Below, in pieces: positions 44,236-54,704 of a stretch of 64,000 bases of DNA (positions within the stretch are counted from its first letter, which is position 1; the number at the start of each line of letters is the position of its first letter). The stretch is taken from positions 192,001 to 256,000 of the forward strand of contig CAWGMQ010000002.1 of NCBI GenBank assembly GCA_963823665.1, written 5' to 3'. Under the pieces are notes generated by a model. That model was not told where the DNA came from. It searched no databases and saw nothing but the letters and a program-made list of their open reading frames with translations. The position numbers and the translations under genes were made by a program. The DNA is from an uncultured Planctomycetota bacterium. GTDB lineage: Bacteria; Planctomycetota; Planctomycetia; Isosphaerales; Isosphaeraceae.

Positions 44236-45534
44236 TCACGTCTGCTTGATTTGATCAAGCACCGCCCCAGAGGACCCAGCTTGCGACTTCACCAGCAGAT
44301 CGAGCAGCAATGGCTGCACGTGCCCCAGCAAGGATTGCAGCCAGTCGGCATCGCTCAAGCGTGGGCCTTCGGGGTCGTGGATAAGCTCCGAGGGAAGGCG
44401 ACGCTTCAGCTCGGCAAGCTCCAGAAGAACCGATTCCAGCGACGTTTGATCATGCCGCAATTGTTCCACCACTTCCAGCAGCTCGTCGATTGGACCGTCG
44501 AGCATTGCCTTGTCGCGCGGCGGCTCAAGTTGCAGCTCGACTTTCTCAACCCAGATCCGATCACCGCCGCGCTCCGTGGCAACGTTCCGAACTTCCGCGG
44601 TTAATCGGTCCGGGTCTGAGAACAAGCGGCCATGGAGTGCCGTTCGACCGCGCATGATCACTCGCACCGCCAGCAGGCTCTCATGTGTGGACTCCGACGC
44701 AATCAGCTCATCGAGCAAATGACCCGTACGACCGAGCACATCGGCCTCGGCTTCGAGCCCCGAAATATCGACGTGGCTCCGCTCCCACCGCACCTGGTCG
44801 AGCCGGTGGAAAACATGCTCAACGCGGTGATCGGAATGAATTGTCGAAACCACGCATCCCTTTGCACCCGTCTCGCGGGCGTGCCTGCCTTGCACGTTGC
44901 CCGCGAAGACAATCAATGGGTCCTCGCACAAGACTTCGCGGACATGAATATGACCAAGCGCCCAGTAGTCATACCGCTTGAAGCGCAGCTCATCGAGCGT
45001 ACAGGGAGCGTATCGTTCATGCCCCTTCATACCCCCTAAACCCGTGTGCAACATCCCGATGTTGATGCAACCCGACTTTGCAGGGGGATACGCGGCAGCC
45101 AGGTTTTCGGTGACCGCAGCCCTTGGAAAACTCTGTCCGTGGATGGCCACGTCCTTGTCTTTCAACAGCACGGTCTCGGGGCGATCGTGGCTCAAAATGT
45201 GCACGTTCTCCGGCAACGCCAGCACGCGCGTCATTTTGTTCGCGGCATCATGGTTGCCCGCGATGATGAAAGTCGGGATCTTCTCCTCGCGCAGCCGCAG
45301 GAGCTGCTTGGTGAGATAGAGCCCCGTGTTGTAATCGCGGCAATCACCGTCATAGAGATCGCCGGCAATCAAGACGAAGTCAACCCGTTTCTCGATCGCC
45401 AGGTCGATCAGCCGCTCAAAAGCCCGCCGCGTTGCTCGTCGCATCCGCTCCACTGGAGCGTTTTCGTATCGCTCGAGCCCCTTGAGCGGGCTGTCGAGAT
45501 GAATATCAGCCGCGTGCAGAAACGAAATTGCCAT
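44236..45534 (-). CDS. yhaO: YhaO family Mre11/SbcD-like DNA repair exonuclease
   Basis: HAADIHLDSP, AGDLYD, GNHD, LHT, YWALGHIH, QGRHARETG. Confidence 0.93.
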   Translation of the reverse strand: MAISFLHAADIHLDSPLKGLERYENAPVERMRRATRRAFERLIDLAIEKRVDFVLIAGDLYDGDCRDYNTGLYLTKQLLRLREEKIPTFIIAGNHDAANKMTRVLALPENVHILSHDRPETVLLKDKDVAIHGQSFPRAAVTENLAAAYPPAKSGCINIGMLHTGLGGMKGHERYAPCTLDELRFKRYDYWALGHIHVREVLCEDPLIVFAGNVQGRHARETGAKGCVVSTIHSDHRVEHVFHRLDQVRWERSHVDISGLEAEADVLGRTGHLLDELIASESTHESLLAVRVIMRGRTALHGRLFSDPDRLTAEVRNVATERGGDRIWVEKVELQLEPPRDKAMLDGPIDELLEVVEQLRHDQTSLESVLLELAELKRRLPSELIHDPEGPRLSDADWLQSLLGHVQPLLLDLLVKSQAGSSGAVLDQIKQT

Positions 45535-45559
45535 CAGGATGATCTTGCCCCGGTAGAGC

Positions 45560-46159
45560 TCAGCCGGAACGTTTGTCTCGCGTCATGTCGAAAGTGGTGG
45601 TCCCTGCCTTCTTCCCACCGGTGTAACCTTCCCACGCGCTCTTCACATGACCATCCTTCTCGAACTTGATTCGCAGACCATGAATGTGCATATCTTTCTC
45701 TGGGTCAAAATTCGTCCCACCGTCGAAGACAAAGATGAATTCGTCCGCGGTGGATTTGGCGCGATCAAGCTTCAAATGCGGCTGGTTGCGCGCTGCGCAG
45801 TAGTGCGTCATCCGCAGTTCCTTGCGATCGAGATGGTAAACCGAAACCATCTCATGCGGCATTCCCGGAAACTGCGTCTCGACCAGGGCACTCCCGGCAC
45901 CGGTCAGCTTGAACGTGACCGAAACCTCCTCGGGCATCGCGTCGTCATGTTCCTTCTTCGCTTCCTCTTTTTTCTCGTCGTGCGAGGTTTTGCCGGTCCA
46001 TGACCCGACCAAGGTCTTTAGCTTCTTGAAAGCTGCCTCGGCTTCGATACCGTCCTTGGTGGGAGTGTCATCCGTAGGGTCGCTGAAGAGCGGCCTGGAG
46101 AGACCGGCTAACATAAACACGGCCGCAAGGCACACCACAAGGCCGATTCGCTTCGTCAT
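45560..46159 (-). CDS. Conserved secreted hypothetical protein (beta-barrel-like)
   Basis: Signal peptide; FKKLKTLVGSW...GSALVE...EMVSVYH...MTHYCAARNQP...HIH. Confidence 0.75.
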   Translation of the reverse strand: MTKRIGLVVCLAAVFMLAGLSRPLFSDPTDDTPTKDGIEAEAAFKKLKTLVGSWTGKTSHDEKKEEAKKEHDDAMPEEVSVTFKLTGAGSALVETQFPGMPHEMVSVYHLDRKELRMTHYCAARNQPHLKLDRAKSTADEFIFVFDGGTNFDPEKDMHIHGLRIKFEKDGHVKSAWEGYTGGKKAGTTTFDMTRDKRSG

Positions 46160-46298
46160 GGCTTCCTCTCGCGTTTTCCTGTTAAAAGTCCAGCCGAAGA
46201 CATGATAAACTCACGAACTGACCGAGAAGGCGGCTGGCACCCTGATCGACGACGTATCCTTATACATCTTGTCTGTACGTTTGTCAAGATTGCTGGGT

Positions 46299-48518
46299 TC
46301 AGGGAGCTTTAGCGGGCTCTGCACCCGCGGCGCTGGAACTCGCCCTGAAATGCCCGGCAATTTCCTCGCCGTCAAGGGCCCGATCGAAGACGGCAACCTC
46401 ATCGATCTTGCCCTCGAAGGCCGCCGCGCCATCGTCACGTCCACCGACCAAGATAGATGTCAGTCGAAAACTTTCATCCGCCGCAGCCTCGCCCGAGATT
46501 CCGGTCACGGGATTGCCGTCGAGATAGATGGCAACCCGCTTTCCCTCGCGCACGAGCGCGATGTGATGCCAGGTTTTGAGCGCAATCTTCGTCGGGCTGA
46601 CTACGATTTTGCTCCCGCTCGAGAGATAGAGCCGGCCCGGGCCGGCGCTTGTGCCACCGATACCAAGTTCGATCCAGGATGGGCCGTTCGCTTGCGGACT
46701 GCCACAAGAGAGAAGAAGACCGGTGATCGGGTGAATGTCCGGCGGCAAACCGTTCCAGAACCAGAGCTCGACGGTGAAGCTGTCGCCCACGCCGTCAATC
46801 GCGGCCTTAAGCTGACCCCCGGCGAGATGAACAGCTCGGTTGATCAATCCGCCGGTCGAGGCCCGGGCTAGTGTAACCCCGGGCAAGTAAAGCGCAACGC
46901 CGCCTTCATAGCGTGCACTGCGGCCGTTCTTGCTCCAATCAACAGCGATCTTCGCTTCGATATCGTCGAGCCGCCAGTAAGCAAACGGTTCCGACGCAAG
47001 AATCGCCATGGAGTAAGAGAACTGGCGCCGGCGATCAGCTCGCCGAGGTTTTTCCGCAACCTGCTCGAGCAGGCTCACGATGCCGGCAACGATACGCGGC
47101 TCCGCCTCGATCTCCAGCCCCGCGGTGCGCGCCGGCCAGGTCGTGTAGCCTCCCAGCCGATGTTGTTCCGGTGGTGGAATATACCCCTCTGAACCATTGG
47201 CCAGCTCGATGTTCATGGTCGTATCGAACGGACTTTGCATCTTGATCTTGAGACCCGTGATCGCGAAGACCTCGTTGGGAATCGCCGTGATCCCGAGCTC
47301 GCCGATCCGGATTGCCTGAAGCTTCAGCTCTCGCCGCGGCTCGTCGTGAAGATAAATGGCTTCCTTGGCGTAGACCTCGGGCTGGTTCCGCGGCGCAGAA
47401 GACCCGCCCTTGGCCTCAGCGTCCATGCGGCCGACAATGGTCCTGGCCCACGCTAATCGTTCCGGGCCGGGCATGCGCCGAGAGAGGACGAGCGTCGACT
47501 CGGCCATCGCCAGTGGAACTAGGTCTTGGTAAGTAATCGACTGATACGCTTTATGGGCAACCCCGGCCAGCTCCGCGGCATAGGTATCCAGTCCCGGATC
47601 CTTCTTGGCCTCGCCGTAGTCCATCCACATCTGATCGCCGCTGGTACCCTGGGACATGATGGCGACGAACGGCGGCTCAACCGTTTGCGCTCCGATCCTC
47701 CCGGTAAGGGCAGCGGCGAACCGGCCGTAGTAATCTGCCGAGATCGGCTCCGCCCCGTAGTAGTGCATTGAGTAGTTGGCCAGCACGGCGATCGGGCGTC
47801 CGCTGCGCGACTGGACGGAGAGAACAGTCAACTCAGGGTCGGTCGGACCCGATGGACCAATCACGTCGGGGTTCTGATAACCCGGATGCATATTGGCGCG
47901 AACGGTCCGCGCGCCGAACGGGTCGTCGAGCATCTTGTCGGGACGACGAATCCAGCGGCGGCAGTGCGTGTGCACGTCATCCACGATCGAACGCCATCCG
48001 ATCTTGGCTGGTTCAAGGTTTCGCACGGCCTGTTCGATCGACTCGGCGATTAAACCCGGCAGGATCTTCACATAGTTCTCATCGGCCGGGCAGCCTAGTG
48101 CCCCCATTGACGCGGGAGCCGAGTGAGTGTGCGTGGCCGAAATCAACATACGATCAATTCGTAACCCGGTCTTCTCGTGCGCAAGGGATTTGGCCCGGTC
48201 GATCAACTCACGAGGCATCATGCACGTGTCAACCACAACGATTGCCAACCGGGTCGTTCCATCGTCGAGAACCAGACATTTGGCTCGTATCGGATCCTTG
48301 ATCTTGGTCGCGTGGCTCTGGAGGAACCCTCCGTTGACCAGGACCGGAAAGTTTGTTGGTGCAATATCAACCGCATAAGCACCGGCACGAAACGTGAATG
48401 TCGGAGCAGACGCTTGCTTCAAGGAAGCTGGCGCCGGCCGGCCAGACGACTGTGCGTCACCCGAGAGGACTATACTCAACACGAGAATGACGCTCGGACA
48501 GCAGATGATTGGTTGCAC
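46299..48518 (-). CDS. Neutral/alkaline ceramidase-like hydrolase with C-terminal LamG/concanavalin domain
   Basis: ISATHTHSAP, NYSMHY, ELANGSEGYIPP; then AYWRLDD...WHHIALVR...FEGKIDEVAVFDRAL. Confidence 0.85.
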   Translation of the reverse strand: MQPIICCPSVILVLSIVLSGDAQSSGRPAPASLKQASAPTFTFRAGAYAVDIAPTNFPVLVNGGFLQSHATKIKDPIRAKCLVLDDGTTRLAIVVVDTCMMPRELIDRAKSLAHEKTGLRIDRMLISATHTHSAPASMGALGCPADENYVKILPGLIAESIEQAVRNLEPAKIGWRSIVDDVHTHCRRWIRRPDKMLDDPFGARTVRANMHPGYQNPDVIGPSGPTDPELTVLSVQSRSGRPIAVLANYSMHYYGAEPISADYYGRFAAALTGRIGAQTVEPPFVAIMSQGTSGDQMWMDYGEAKKDPGLDTYAAELAGVAHKAYQSITYQDLVPLAMAESTLVLSRRMPGPERLAWARTIVGRMDAEAKGGSSAPRNQPEVYAKEAIYLHDEPRRELKLQAIRIGELGITAIPNEVFAITGLKIKMQSPFDTTMNIELANGSEGYIPPPEQHRLGGYTTWPARTAGLEIEAEPRIVAGIVSLLEQVAEKPRRADRRRQFSYSMAILASEPFAYWRLDDIEAKIAVDWSKNGRSARYEGGVALYLPGVTLARASTGGLINRAVHLAGGQLKAAIDGVGDSFTVELWFWNGLPPDIHPITGLLLSCGSPQANGPSWIELGIGGTSAGPGRLYLSSGSKIVVSPTKIALKTWHHIALVREGKRVAIYLDGNPVTGISGEAAADESFRLTSILVGGRDDGAAAFEGKIDEVAVFDRALDGEEIAGHFRASSSAAGAEPAKAP

Positions 48519-48714
48519 GGGGACCTCATACAGGTTTGCGCATTGTTCCGGTGTGCGTTCGGAGCGATTGGCGGCAGGTGATAAGACGCGAGTTTCTCAT
48601 GGAGTGACGCACGCCTCAAGATCGGCGTGGTCTTCTTTCCTGAGCGATACGCACGACAGGAACTGGACACCGGCACGGCTGCCCGTTAGGGTACGAAGTA
48701 ACAAGGAGACGACC

Positions 48715-49404
48715 ATGCGTATCTGCCCGCAATTGCCCGCCGTGATGATGATGTTGGCTGCTTCGAGCCCTACAATCGCCGAAGATAAGCCAAGCGCGCT
48801 CGAGCATGATCCAACCGGCTGGACCGACCTGCTTGCCCAGGCTGGGTCCAAGCTCGAAGGCTGGACACGGGGGCCTATTCCCGCGCGCGGTAAGCTCAAC
48901 TCCGAGTCTCAGTGGTCACTCGACTCAAGCACCGGCTATCTGGTCTGCGGAGGTGACCGCGGCCATGAGTGGCTGAGGTGGGATAAAGAGCTGGGCGATT
49001 TCATCTACCACGTCGAGTGGCGATTCACGGTTGTTCCGGGAAAGAAAGGCTACAATTCGGGGATCTACGCTCGCAACTCGGCGGATGCGACGGTCTGGCA
49101 CCAGGCCCAGACCGGTGATGGGGCAGGGGGCTATCTCTTCGGCAGCACAACGGCCGGTGGGAAAACCAAGGGGCTCAACCTTTCCAAGCAGCAATCATCA
49201 AGCCGCGTCAAGCCGGCCGGAGAATGGAATGTGTTCGAGATCACCTGCAAAGGGAAAGAAATGACACTCTGGGTCAATGGAGATCTCACCAATCGCTGGC
49301 TCGAGTGCGAGGTGCCCAAGGGCTACGTCGGGCTCGAAGCTGAAGGGTATCGCATCGAGTTCCGCAACGTGAAACTGAAACCGCTCGAGGGAGTACAGAA
49401 GTGA
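48715..49404 (+). CDS. DUF1080 (3-keto-disaccharide hydrolase-like) protein
   Basis: NSGIY, KPAGEWNVFEITCKG, WVNG, GYVGLEAEG, IEFRNVKLK; AAGGAG ribosome-binding site before ATG 48715. Confidence 0.9.
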   Translation: MRICPQLPAVMMMLAASSPTIAEDKPSALEHDPTGWTDLLAQAGSKLEGWTRGPIPARGKLNSESQWSLDSSTGYLVCGGDRGHEWLRWDKELGDFIYHVEWRFTVVPGKKGYNSGIYARNSADATVWHQAQTGDGAGGYLFGSTTAGGKTKGLNLSKQQSSSRVKPAGEWNVFEITCKGKEMTLWVNGDLTNRWLECEVPKGYVGLEAEGYRIEFRNVKLKPLEGVQK

Positions 49405-50711
49405 TCACAAAATCCCTGGCCAGGCACGTTGCCAGTCTGTTTGTCGTGGGCTTATCCTGCGCCGCGATTGGGAAAGCACCCGCTCGAGCCGGTGAGCTTC
49501 AAGTCGGTGCCGCGATGCGTGTCATCACGCCCAATCCGCTTCTACCGGTCTCGGGTGGAATGGGCGCGCCGAACCCAAGTCGTGAAAAGAAAGGCGACCT
49601 GACGGCTCGTGCCGTCGTCTTTCGAAGCGGCGATGTGTCCGTGGCTGTGGTTTCTCTGGACGTGATCGGATTTCCATCCGCGCTCGGAGATCGCATCCGC
49701 GCGCAGGTGAGCCGGATTCCGGCTGATCACATCTTGATTGGATCAACCCATACGCACAGCGCTCCCGATTGCTACGCGTTTCCCGACGGCAAGGGGGGCC
49801 ATACGGGTGATCTCAAGTATATGGATTTCGTCTGCAATCAAGCCGCCCTTGCATTAAATGAAGCGATCGACCGCCTCGAACCCGCCTCGATCAAGATCGC
49901 CACCGGCGAAGCCCAGGGGAAGATCGCCTACAACTATTATGCTCCAGACCTCTACGACAAGCGCATGAGCGTGATCCAGGCCACCGGCGCCACAGGCAAG
50001 ATAATCGCAACCCTTGTCAACTACGCGATTCACCCCGAAGTCCTCGGAAACGACGTGGGCATTCTCAGCCCGGATCTGGTCGGGCCTCTGTGCGAGAAGC
50101 TCGAAGCCACGGCCGGCGGTACAGCCATCTTCATGAACAGTGCACAAGGGGGCATGGTCACCGCCGACAACCGAAATCTGAACGAGCCGAAGGATCCTCT
50201 CCGCGGCTACTGGAACGATTCACGATCATGGGAGGAATGCCTGCGGATCGGCCATCTCATGGCAACCGAGGTGCTGCGCATCATCAAAGACGCTCCGGAG
50301 CAAAAAGCTCCGACGCTCTTCTGCGACTCGCTCACTGTGCGGTTCCCGGTCGAATCGGCAGCGATGTGGGCGGTCGTCACCAACTCGCCGCTCAAGTATC
50401 CCCATAACGACGACCAGTCGATCAACGCCCGAATCAATCTCGTCAACCTCGGGGATGCCCAGATCTTGACCATCCCCGGTGAAGCCCTGCCCAACATCGG
50501 CTTCTATCTCAAGCGCAAGATGCACGGGAAGCACAATCTGCTCTTCGGACTGACAAACGAGGCATTCGGCTACATCCTCACGAAAGTCGATTTCCATAGT
50601 TTCCCGCGCTATGACTATGTCTCGCGCACCTCGCTCGGTGAGATGACCGGCGAGATCCTGATCGAGAAGTCACTCGAGCTCGTCAACAAGTCGCCGAAGC
50701 CCGGTCAATGA
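49401..50711 (+). CDS. Neutral/alkaline ceramidase N-terminal-like secreted protein
   Basis: VGAAMRVITP, GSTHTHSAPD, NYAIHPE, TIPGE; GTGA-type overlap with the upstream DUF1080 gene. Confidence 0.8.
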   Translation: MITKSLARHVASLFVVGLSCAAIGKAPARAGELQVGAAMRVITPNPLLPVSGGMGAPNPSREKKGDLTARAVVFRSGDVSVAVVSLDVIGFPSALGDRIRAQVSRIPADHILIGSTHTHSAPDCYAFPDGKGGHTGDLKYMDFVCNQAALALNEAIDRLEPASIKIATGEAQGKIAYNYYAPDLYDKRMSVIQATGATGKIIATLVNYAIHPEVLGNDVGILSPDLVGPLCEKLEATAGGTAIFMNSAQGGMVTADNRNLNEPKDPLRGYWNDSRSWEECLRIGHLMATEVLRIIKDAPEQKAPTLFCDSLTVRFPVESAAMWAVVTNSPLKYPHNDDQSINARINLVNLGDAQILTIPGEALPNIGFYLKRKMHGKHNLLFGLTNEAFGYILTKVDFHSFPRYDYVSRTSLGEMTGEILIEKSLELVNKSPKPGQ

Positions 50712-50720
50712 CGAAGAGGC

Positions 50721-52583
50721 TCAGGACATCTCGACTGGAATCAGCTCCTCCGAAAGCGCTCTTTCTCGCGGGCGCCTGACCTTCACTCGTTCCGGCATGC
50801 GGCCGAGACAGCGGTCGAAGGACTTGCTTGTAAGCCAGAACAACAGCCCGGCAATACTCGCTTTGATCAGGCTTACTGAACCGAGATCGAGCCAGAATGG
50901 CCAGCGCGGCCGGAACTCGCACTGCTCGAGCAGTCTGAGCGCGTTCATTGGTCCGGCGAGCGGGCTGAGCGAAGTCAGAAAGTCCTGCAACAATCGATTT
51001 CGTTCGTACGCTCCCGGTAGTTGCGCACGTATGATCGGTGAAAACAGCAATTCAATCAAGATCGGCCAACCCATACCAAATAACAGGAAGGCAATCACAC
51101 TCCCCGCAATCGCTCGGCTCAGGCGCGGCACCCATGTCGCCAGGGCAAGACCCCAGCTCACAATCAGTGCACCCGAAGCGAGGAAATCAAAAACACATAA
51201 GGTTGCTCCGATAACGCGATCCGCTCCGGTCAAGCGCACGGGAGTCTCGGCGAATTTTATGCCGAATGCATAAATCGGGATATCGGGCACCGTGGCGGCA
51301 ATAAAAAAACTCCCATAGAGCGGGACCATTGCCAGCAAGAGAACTCTGCGAAACATGCCCCACCACTTTGCGGCGACGATTGATCTGGTTGAAAGCGGTG
51401 TCGAAAGCAGGACATCGAGGCTTCCGAGCACTCGCTCCTCAGCCAGCGCCGTGGGCGCAGTTGCGCTCAGCATCAGCAAACCGAACATGACCAGCATCAT
51501 GAAGCCGAAGCCAAATACACCCGGGCTTGTGCCTTCGAGAATGGATTGATACGTACCCCACGCCATGCTGCCCCAGATGACAACGAAGAGTACCGCCCAG
51601 AGTCGTCGCGCGAATCTGGACGGCCGGCTGCGCGTCCACTCTCGCCAGAGAACCGGGTTACCATCGAGCTGGGGAGCAGGCCAGGATGGGAAGAATCGCT
51701 TTAGCTCCCCCAACCGGGATCGTCGTTCCTCTACCTGGCGGCCGGAGTGCGCGATCACGACCTTGCGTATTCTTGCGATCGAGAGCAGCGATAGTGCCGC
51801 GGTGAGGGCAAATGCGATACCCACAAATACGGCGAAGTCAGCAATGTCAACGAACCCTGGTTTGGCGTAAGGTGCGAGCACCAGCACGTATGGATTGGTT
51901 TTTGCAAACCAATTCGGTGGGCCCGGGATCTTGCCACCGCTGGCTAGCTCTTCCCAGATCGGTAGCGACATGAGCCAGAATCCGAAAATCATGTAGACGG
52001 CCATGAGCACTTCGTGTGTCTTCGGTGCCCAGACCGAGATAGTCAGCGCCAGTGCACACCCCAGCACAGCCAGGCAAACCGAAACGACGAAGCACCCGGC
52101 GATCGCTTCAAACTCCACACCGCCGAGTAGAGCTGTCAGGCAGGCTACAGGCACTGCGCATGCAATGAGCCCAAAGACCGGTGCAAGCCGCGAGCCAAGC
52201 TTTCCCAGCACGATTTCCCGGTCCGAAAGATCGGTGACCAGCATGTGCATGATCGTTCCGCGCGCCCGATCCATACAAACCGAGCTCGCCGCGGCTGCCG
52301 GCGCTAAAAGCATCACCAGTGATAACTGGGTTCCCGCCACGGCATAAAAGAACCACTCGCCGAGCTTGGCCATCTCCTTGTAGGTCGGCTGGACACTGCG
52401 GCCGGGGGGCGGGGCAGGACCGAACGGGGGAGCCGCCGCTTGATCTCTGATGAGCCACACGACCATCATCCCGATCAGCATGACCAGAACGAAGAGCGAG
52501 CGCCCCGCATAGACCTGCCAGCGGCGAGCGTTCAAAAGTGACTCATAAGCAAAGACCGGCCCTACGCCCCATCGCTTCCACAT
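50721..52583 (-). CDS. ABC-2-type transporter permease-like membrane protein (paralog 2)
   Basis: GPVFAYE, DRARGTIMHMLVTDLSDREIVLGKL, NPVLWREW, EERVLGSLDVLLSTPL. Confidence 0.85.
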   Translation of the reverse strand: MWKRWGVGPVFAYESLLNARRWQVYAGRSLFVLVMLIGMMVVWLIRDQAAAPPFGPAPPPGRSVQPTYKEMAKLGEWFFYAVAGTQLSLVMLLAPAAAASSVCMDRARGTIMHMLVTDLSDREIVLGKLGSRLAPVFGLIACAVPVACLTALLGGVEFEAIAGCFVVSVCLAVLGCALALTISVWAPKTHEVLMAVYMIFGFWLMSLPIWEELASGGKIPGPPNWFAKTNPYVLVLAPYAKPGFVDIADFAVFVGIAFALTAALSLLSIARIRKVVIAHSGRQVEERRSRLGELKRFFPSWPAPQLDGNPVLWREWTRSRPSRFARRLWAVLFVVIWGSMAWGTYQSILEGTSPGVFGFGFMMLVMFGLLMLSATAPTALAEERVLGSLDVLLSTPLSTRSIVAAKWWGMFRRVLLLAMVPLYGSFFIAATVPDIPIYAFGIKFAETPVRLTGADRVIGATLCVFDFLASGALIVSWGLALATWVPRLSRAIAGSVIAFLLFGMGWPILIELLFSPIIRAQLPGAYERNRLLQDFLTSLSPLAGPMNALRLLEQCEFRPRWPFWLDLGSVSLIKASIAGLLFWLTSKSFDRCLGRMPERVKVRRPRERALSEELIPVEMS

Positions 52584-52673
52584 CGCGGCCCCCAACGAGT
52601 CTCGGCTTTCTGTGAGCTCAAGCGCGGAATGCAAACCCTCGGCGATCCTTGCCAAATGCCATTCGTCGACACG

Positions 52674-54509
52674 TCACGTCATAGTCGGCACCAGTTCCAC
52701 AGGAGCCGCCGACACATCGATACGTCGCGGAACGCTCAACTCAGAAACGCGACCCATGCAGCGGTCAAATGTCTTGATCGTCAACCAGAGCAACAACGCG
52801 GTGACGGCTGTCTTGGCCAGGATCACAACCCCGACACTCGTCCAGACCGGCACGCGGCTTTGCTCCCAGTACATTTCGAGGACGTGGATTGGGTTAGCCG
52901 GCCCAAGCACCGGGCTCAAGGACATGACGCAGGTTTGCAGCCAACGGTATTGGTTGATCGTTTCACCCGGCAGGTTTTGGAAATATGCTCGGAAAAGGAG
53001 ATCGACGAGGAAAAGCCAGCCGATTCCTGTCAAGAAAAACACAAGCACACTGAGCGCAACGGCACGCCCGAACCTGGGCACCCACGTCGCAATCGCCAGA
53101 CCGGCACTGACAAGAAATGCGCATGAAGCCAAGAAATCAAGCCCACAGAATAAGACTGCGAGCATGCGGTCCCAGATCGTCAGCGGCTCGACGAATGACT
53201 GTGGGAAGCGGCTCACCCAGGTTGGTATGGCGGGCGTTGAGCTTGCCAGAAAAATCGCGGTGTACAGTGGCAGGAGCGACAAAACCATCACGCTGCGACA
53301 TGCCCCCAACCACTTGCCCAGGACAATGGACCTGGTCGAGAGCGGCGTGCTCAAGAGCACGTCGAGGCTGCCGCGCACTCGCTCTTCAGCCAGCACGGTT
53401 GGCGCCGTGGCCGCGAGAATCAGCATGCCGAAGAAGAGCTGCAGCCACATTCCCAGACCCAGATATCGGTCACCCGGATCAGAGCCCTCATGAATCAACT
53501 CATAGGTCCCCCAGGCGGCCAGAATCCAACTGAGTGCAAGAACCATCACCCACATCACGCGTGCCAATCTTGACGGCTGATTCCTGTGCCACTCGCGCCA
53601 GAGGACTGGATTGCCGTCGAGCGACGGGCCTGCCCAGGAGGGAAAGAGACGTTTCAATCGCGGCAAGCGCAAGCCGGGTTTCTGACCATGACCGGACTGC
53701 TCGACAACGACACGGCGAAGCTTCAAAACCGAGAGCAGAGCCAGTGCCGCCGAGATCGTGAGGACGATTGAGATAAAGACCACGGTGTCGGTCATCCCGA
53801 CGAAGCCGGGCTGATGGAACGGCGACAGGATCAGTACGTATGGGTTTGCTTTCTGAAACCAGTCAGGCGGGGGCGCGAATCCGCCGTTCGTGGCAATGCT
53901 CGTCCAGAGCGGCAGCGCAAGCAACCACAGGCCCTCGATAATGTACAGCGCTATCAGCACATCGTGCGTCTTCGTCGCCCAGACCGAGATTGCGATGGCC
54001 AAACAGCATCCTAGCACGGCGAGACAGACAGAAATGCCGAACAAGCCTGCAATCGCGCCAAACTCAATTCCGCCGAGCAAGGCAATGATCGCCACAACCG
54101 GTACGGCACAGGCAATAATGCCGATCACCGGCGCCAGCCGGGCACCGAGTTTTCCCAGGACGATCTCCGGATCGCTGAGATCCGTCATCAGCATGTGCAC
54201 GAGCGTTCCCCGCGCTCGATCGATGCAAATCGATCCCGCCGTGGCTGCCGGCGCCACGAGCATTACAAGTGAGATCTGAATGCCGGCCAACGTGTAAAAA
54301 AACAACTCGCCGAGCTTGGCCATCTGCTGGTAAGTCGAAGCCCGGCCACCCGTTCCGAGATTGGTGGTCTCATTGTTGAACCAGACGGCGATCAATCCGA
54401 CGAGCACGATCAGCACAAAGAACGAACGCACCTCGTAGACTTGCCGCCGGCGAGCGTTCAGCGAAGTTTCCAGCGCGAAGACCGGGCCCAAAGCCCATCG
54501 CGTCCACAT
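52674..54509 (-). CDS. ABC-2-type transporter permease-like membrane protein (paralog 1)
   Basis: GPVFALE, DRARGTLVHMLMTDLSDPEIVLGKL, NPVLWREW, EERVRGSLDVLLSTPL. Confidence 0.85.
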   Translation of the reverse strand: MWTRWALGPVFALETSLNARRRQVYEVRSFFVLIVLVGLIAVWFNNETTNLGTGGRASTYQQMAKLGELFFYTLAGIQISLVMLVAPAATAGSICIDRARGTLVHMLMTDLSDPEIVLGKLGARLAPVIGIIACAVPVVAIIALLGGIEFGAIAGLFGISVCLAVLGCCLAIAISVWATKTHDVLIALYIIEGLWLLALPLWTSIATNGGFAPPPDWFQKANPYVLILSPFHQPGFVGMTDTVVFISIVLTISAALALLSVLKLRRVVVEQSGHGQKPGLRLPRLKRLFPSWAGPSLDGNPVLWREWHRNQPSRLARVMWVMVLALSWILAAWGTYELIHEGSDPGDRYLGLGMWLQLFFGMLILAATAPTVLAEERVRGSLDVLLSTPLSTRSIVLGKWLGACRSVMVLSLLPLYTAIFLASSTPAIPTWVSRFPQSFVEPLTIWDRMLAVLFCGLDFLASCAFLVSAGLAIATWVPRFGRAVALSVLVFFLTGIGWLFLVDLLFRAYFQNLPGETINQYRWLQTCVMSLSPVLGPANPIHVLEMYWEQSRVPVWTSVGVVILAKTAVTALLLWLTIKTFDRCMGRVSELSVPRRIDVSAAPVELVPTMT

Positions 54510-54704
54510 GCGGAGTCTCGGCTGACAAAGTTGAACCCGGTCCTGATTCAGTACGCTTCTTCCAGCGCTCGATCATACGCCGGAGAGCCGGAGACGCACA
54601 GTCCCAGCCTCTGACATTTGACCGATAGCATCCCAACTGGTATTCGGGGTAGCTGGCGCTTTATTCAACGTCAGAGCGCCGAAAGCCATTGAGTGGTTTC
54701 GGGA

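Noticed and set aside
40685..45534. yhaO-yhaN as a novel nuclease-ATPase defence system
   Set aside because: It matches the widespread YhaO/YhaN (SbcCD-like) pair, with no accessory defence genes adjacent.
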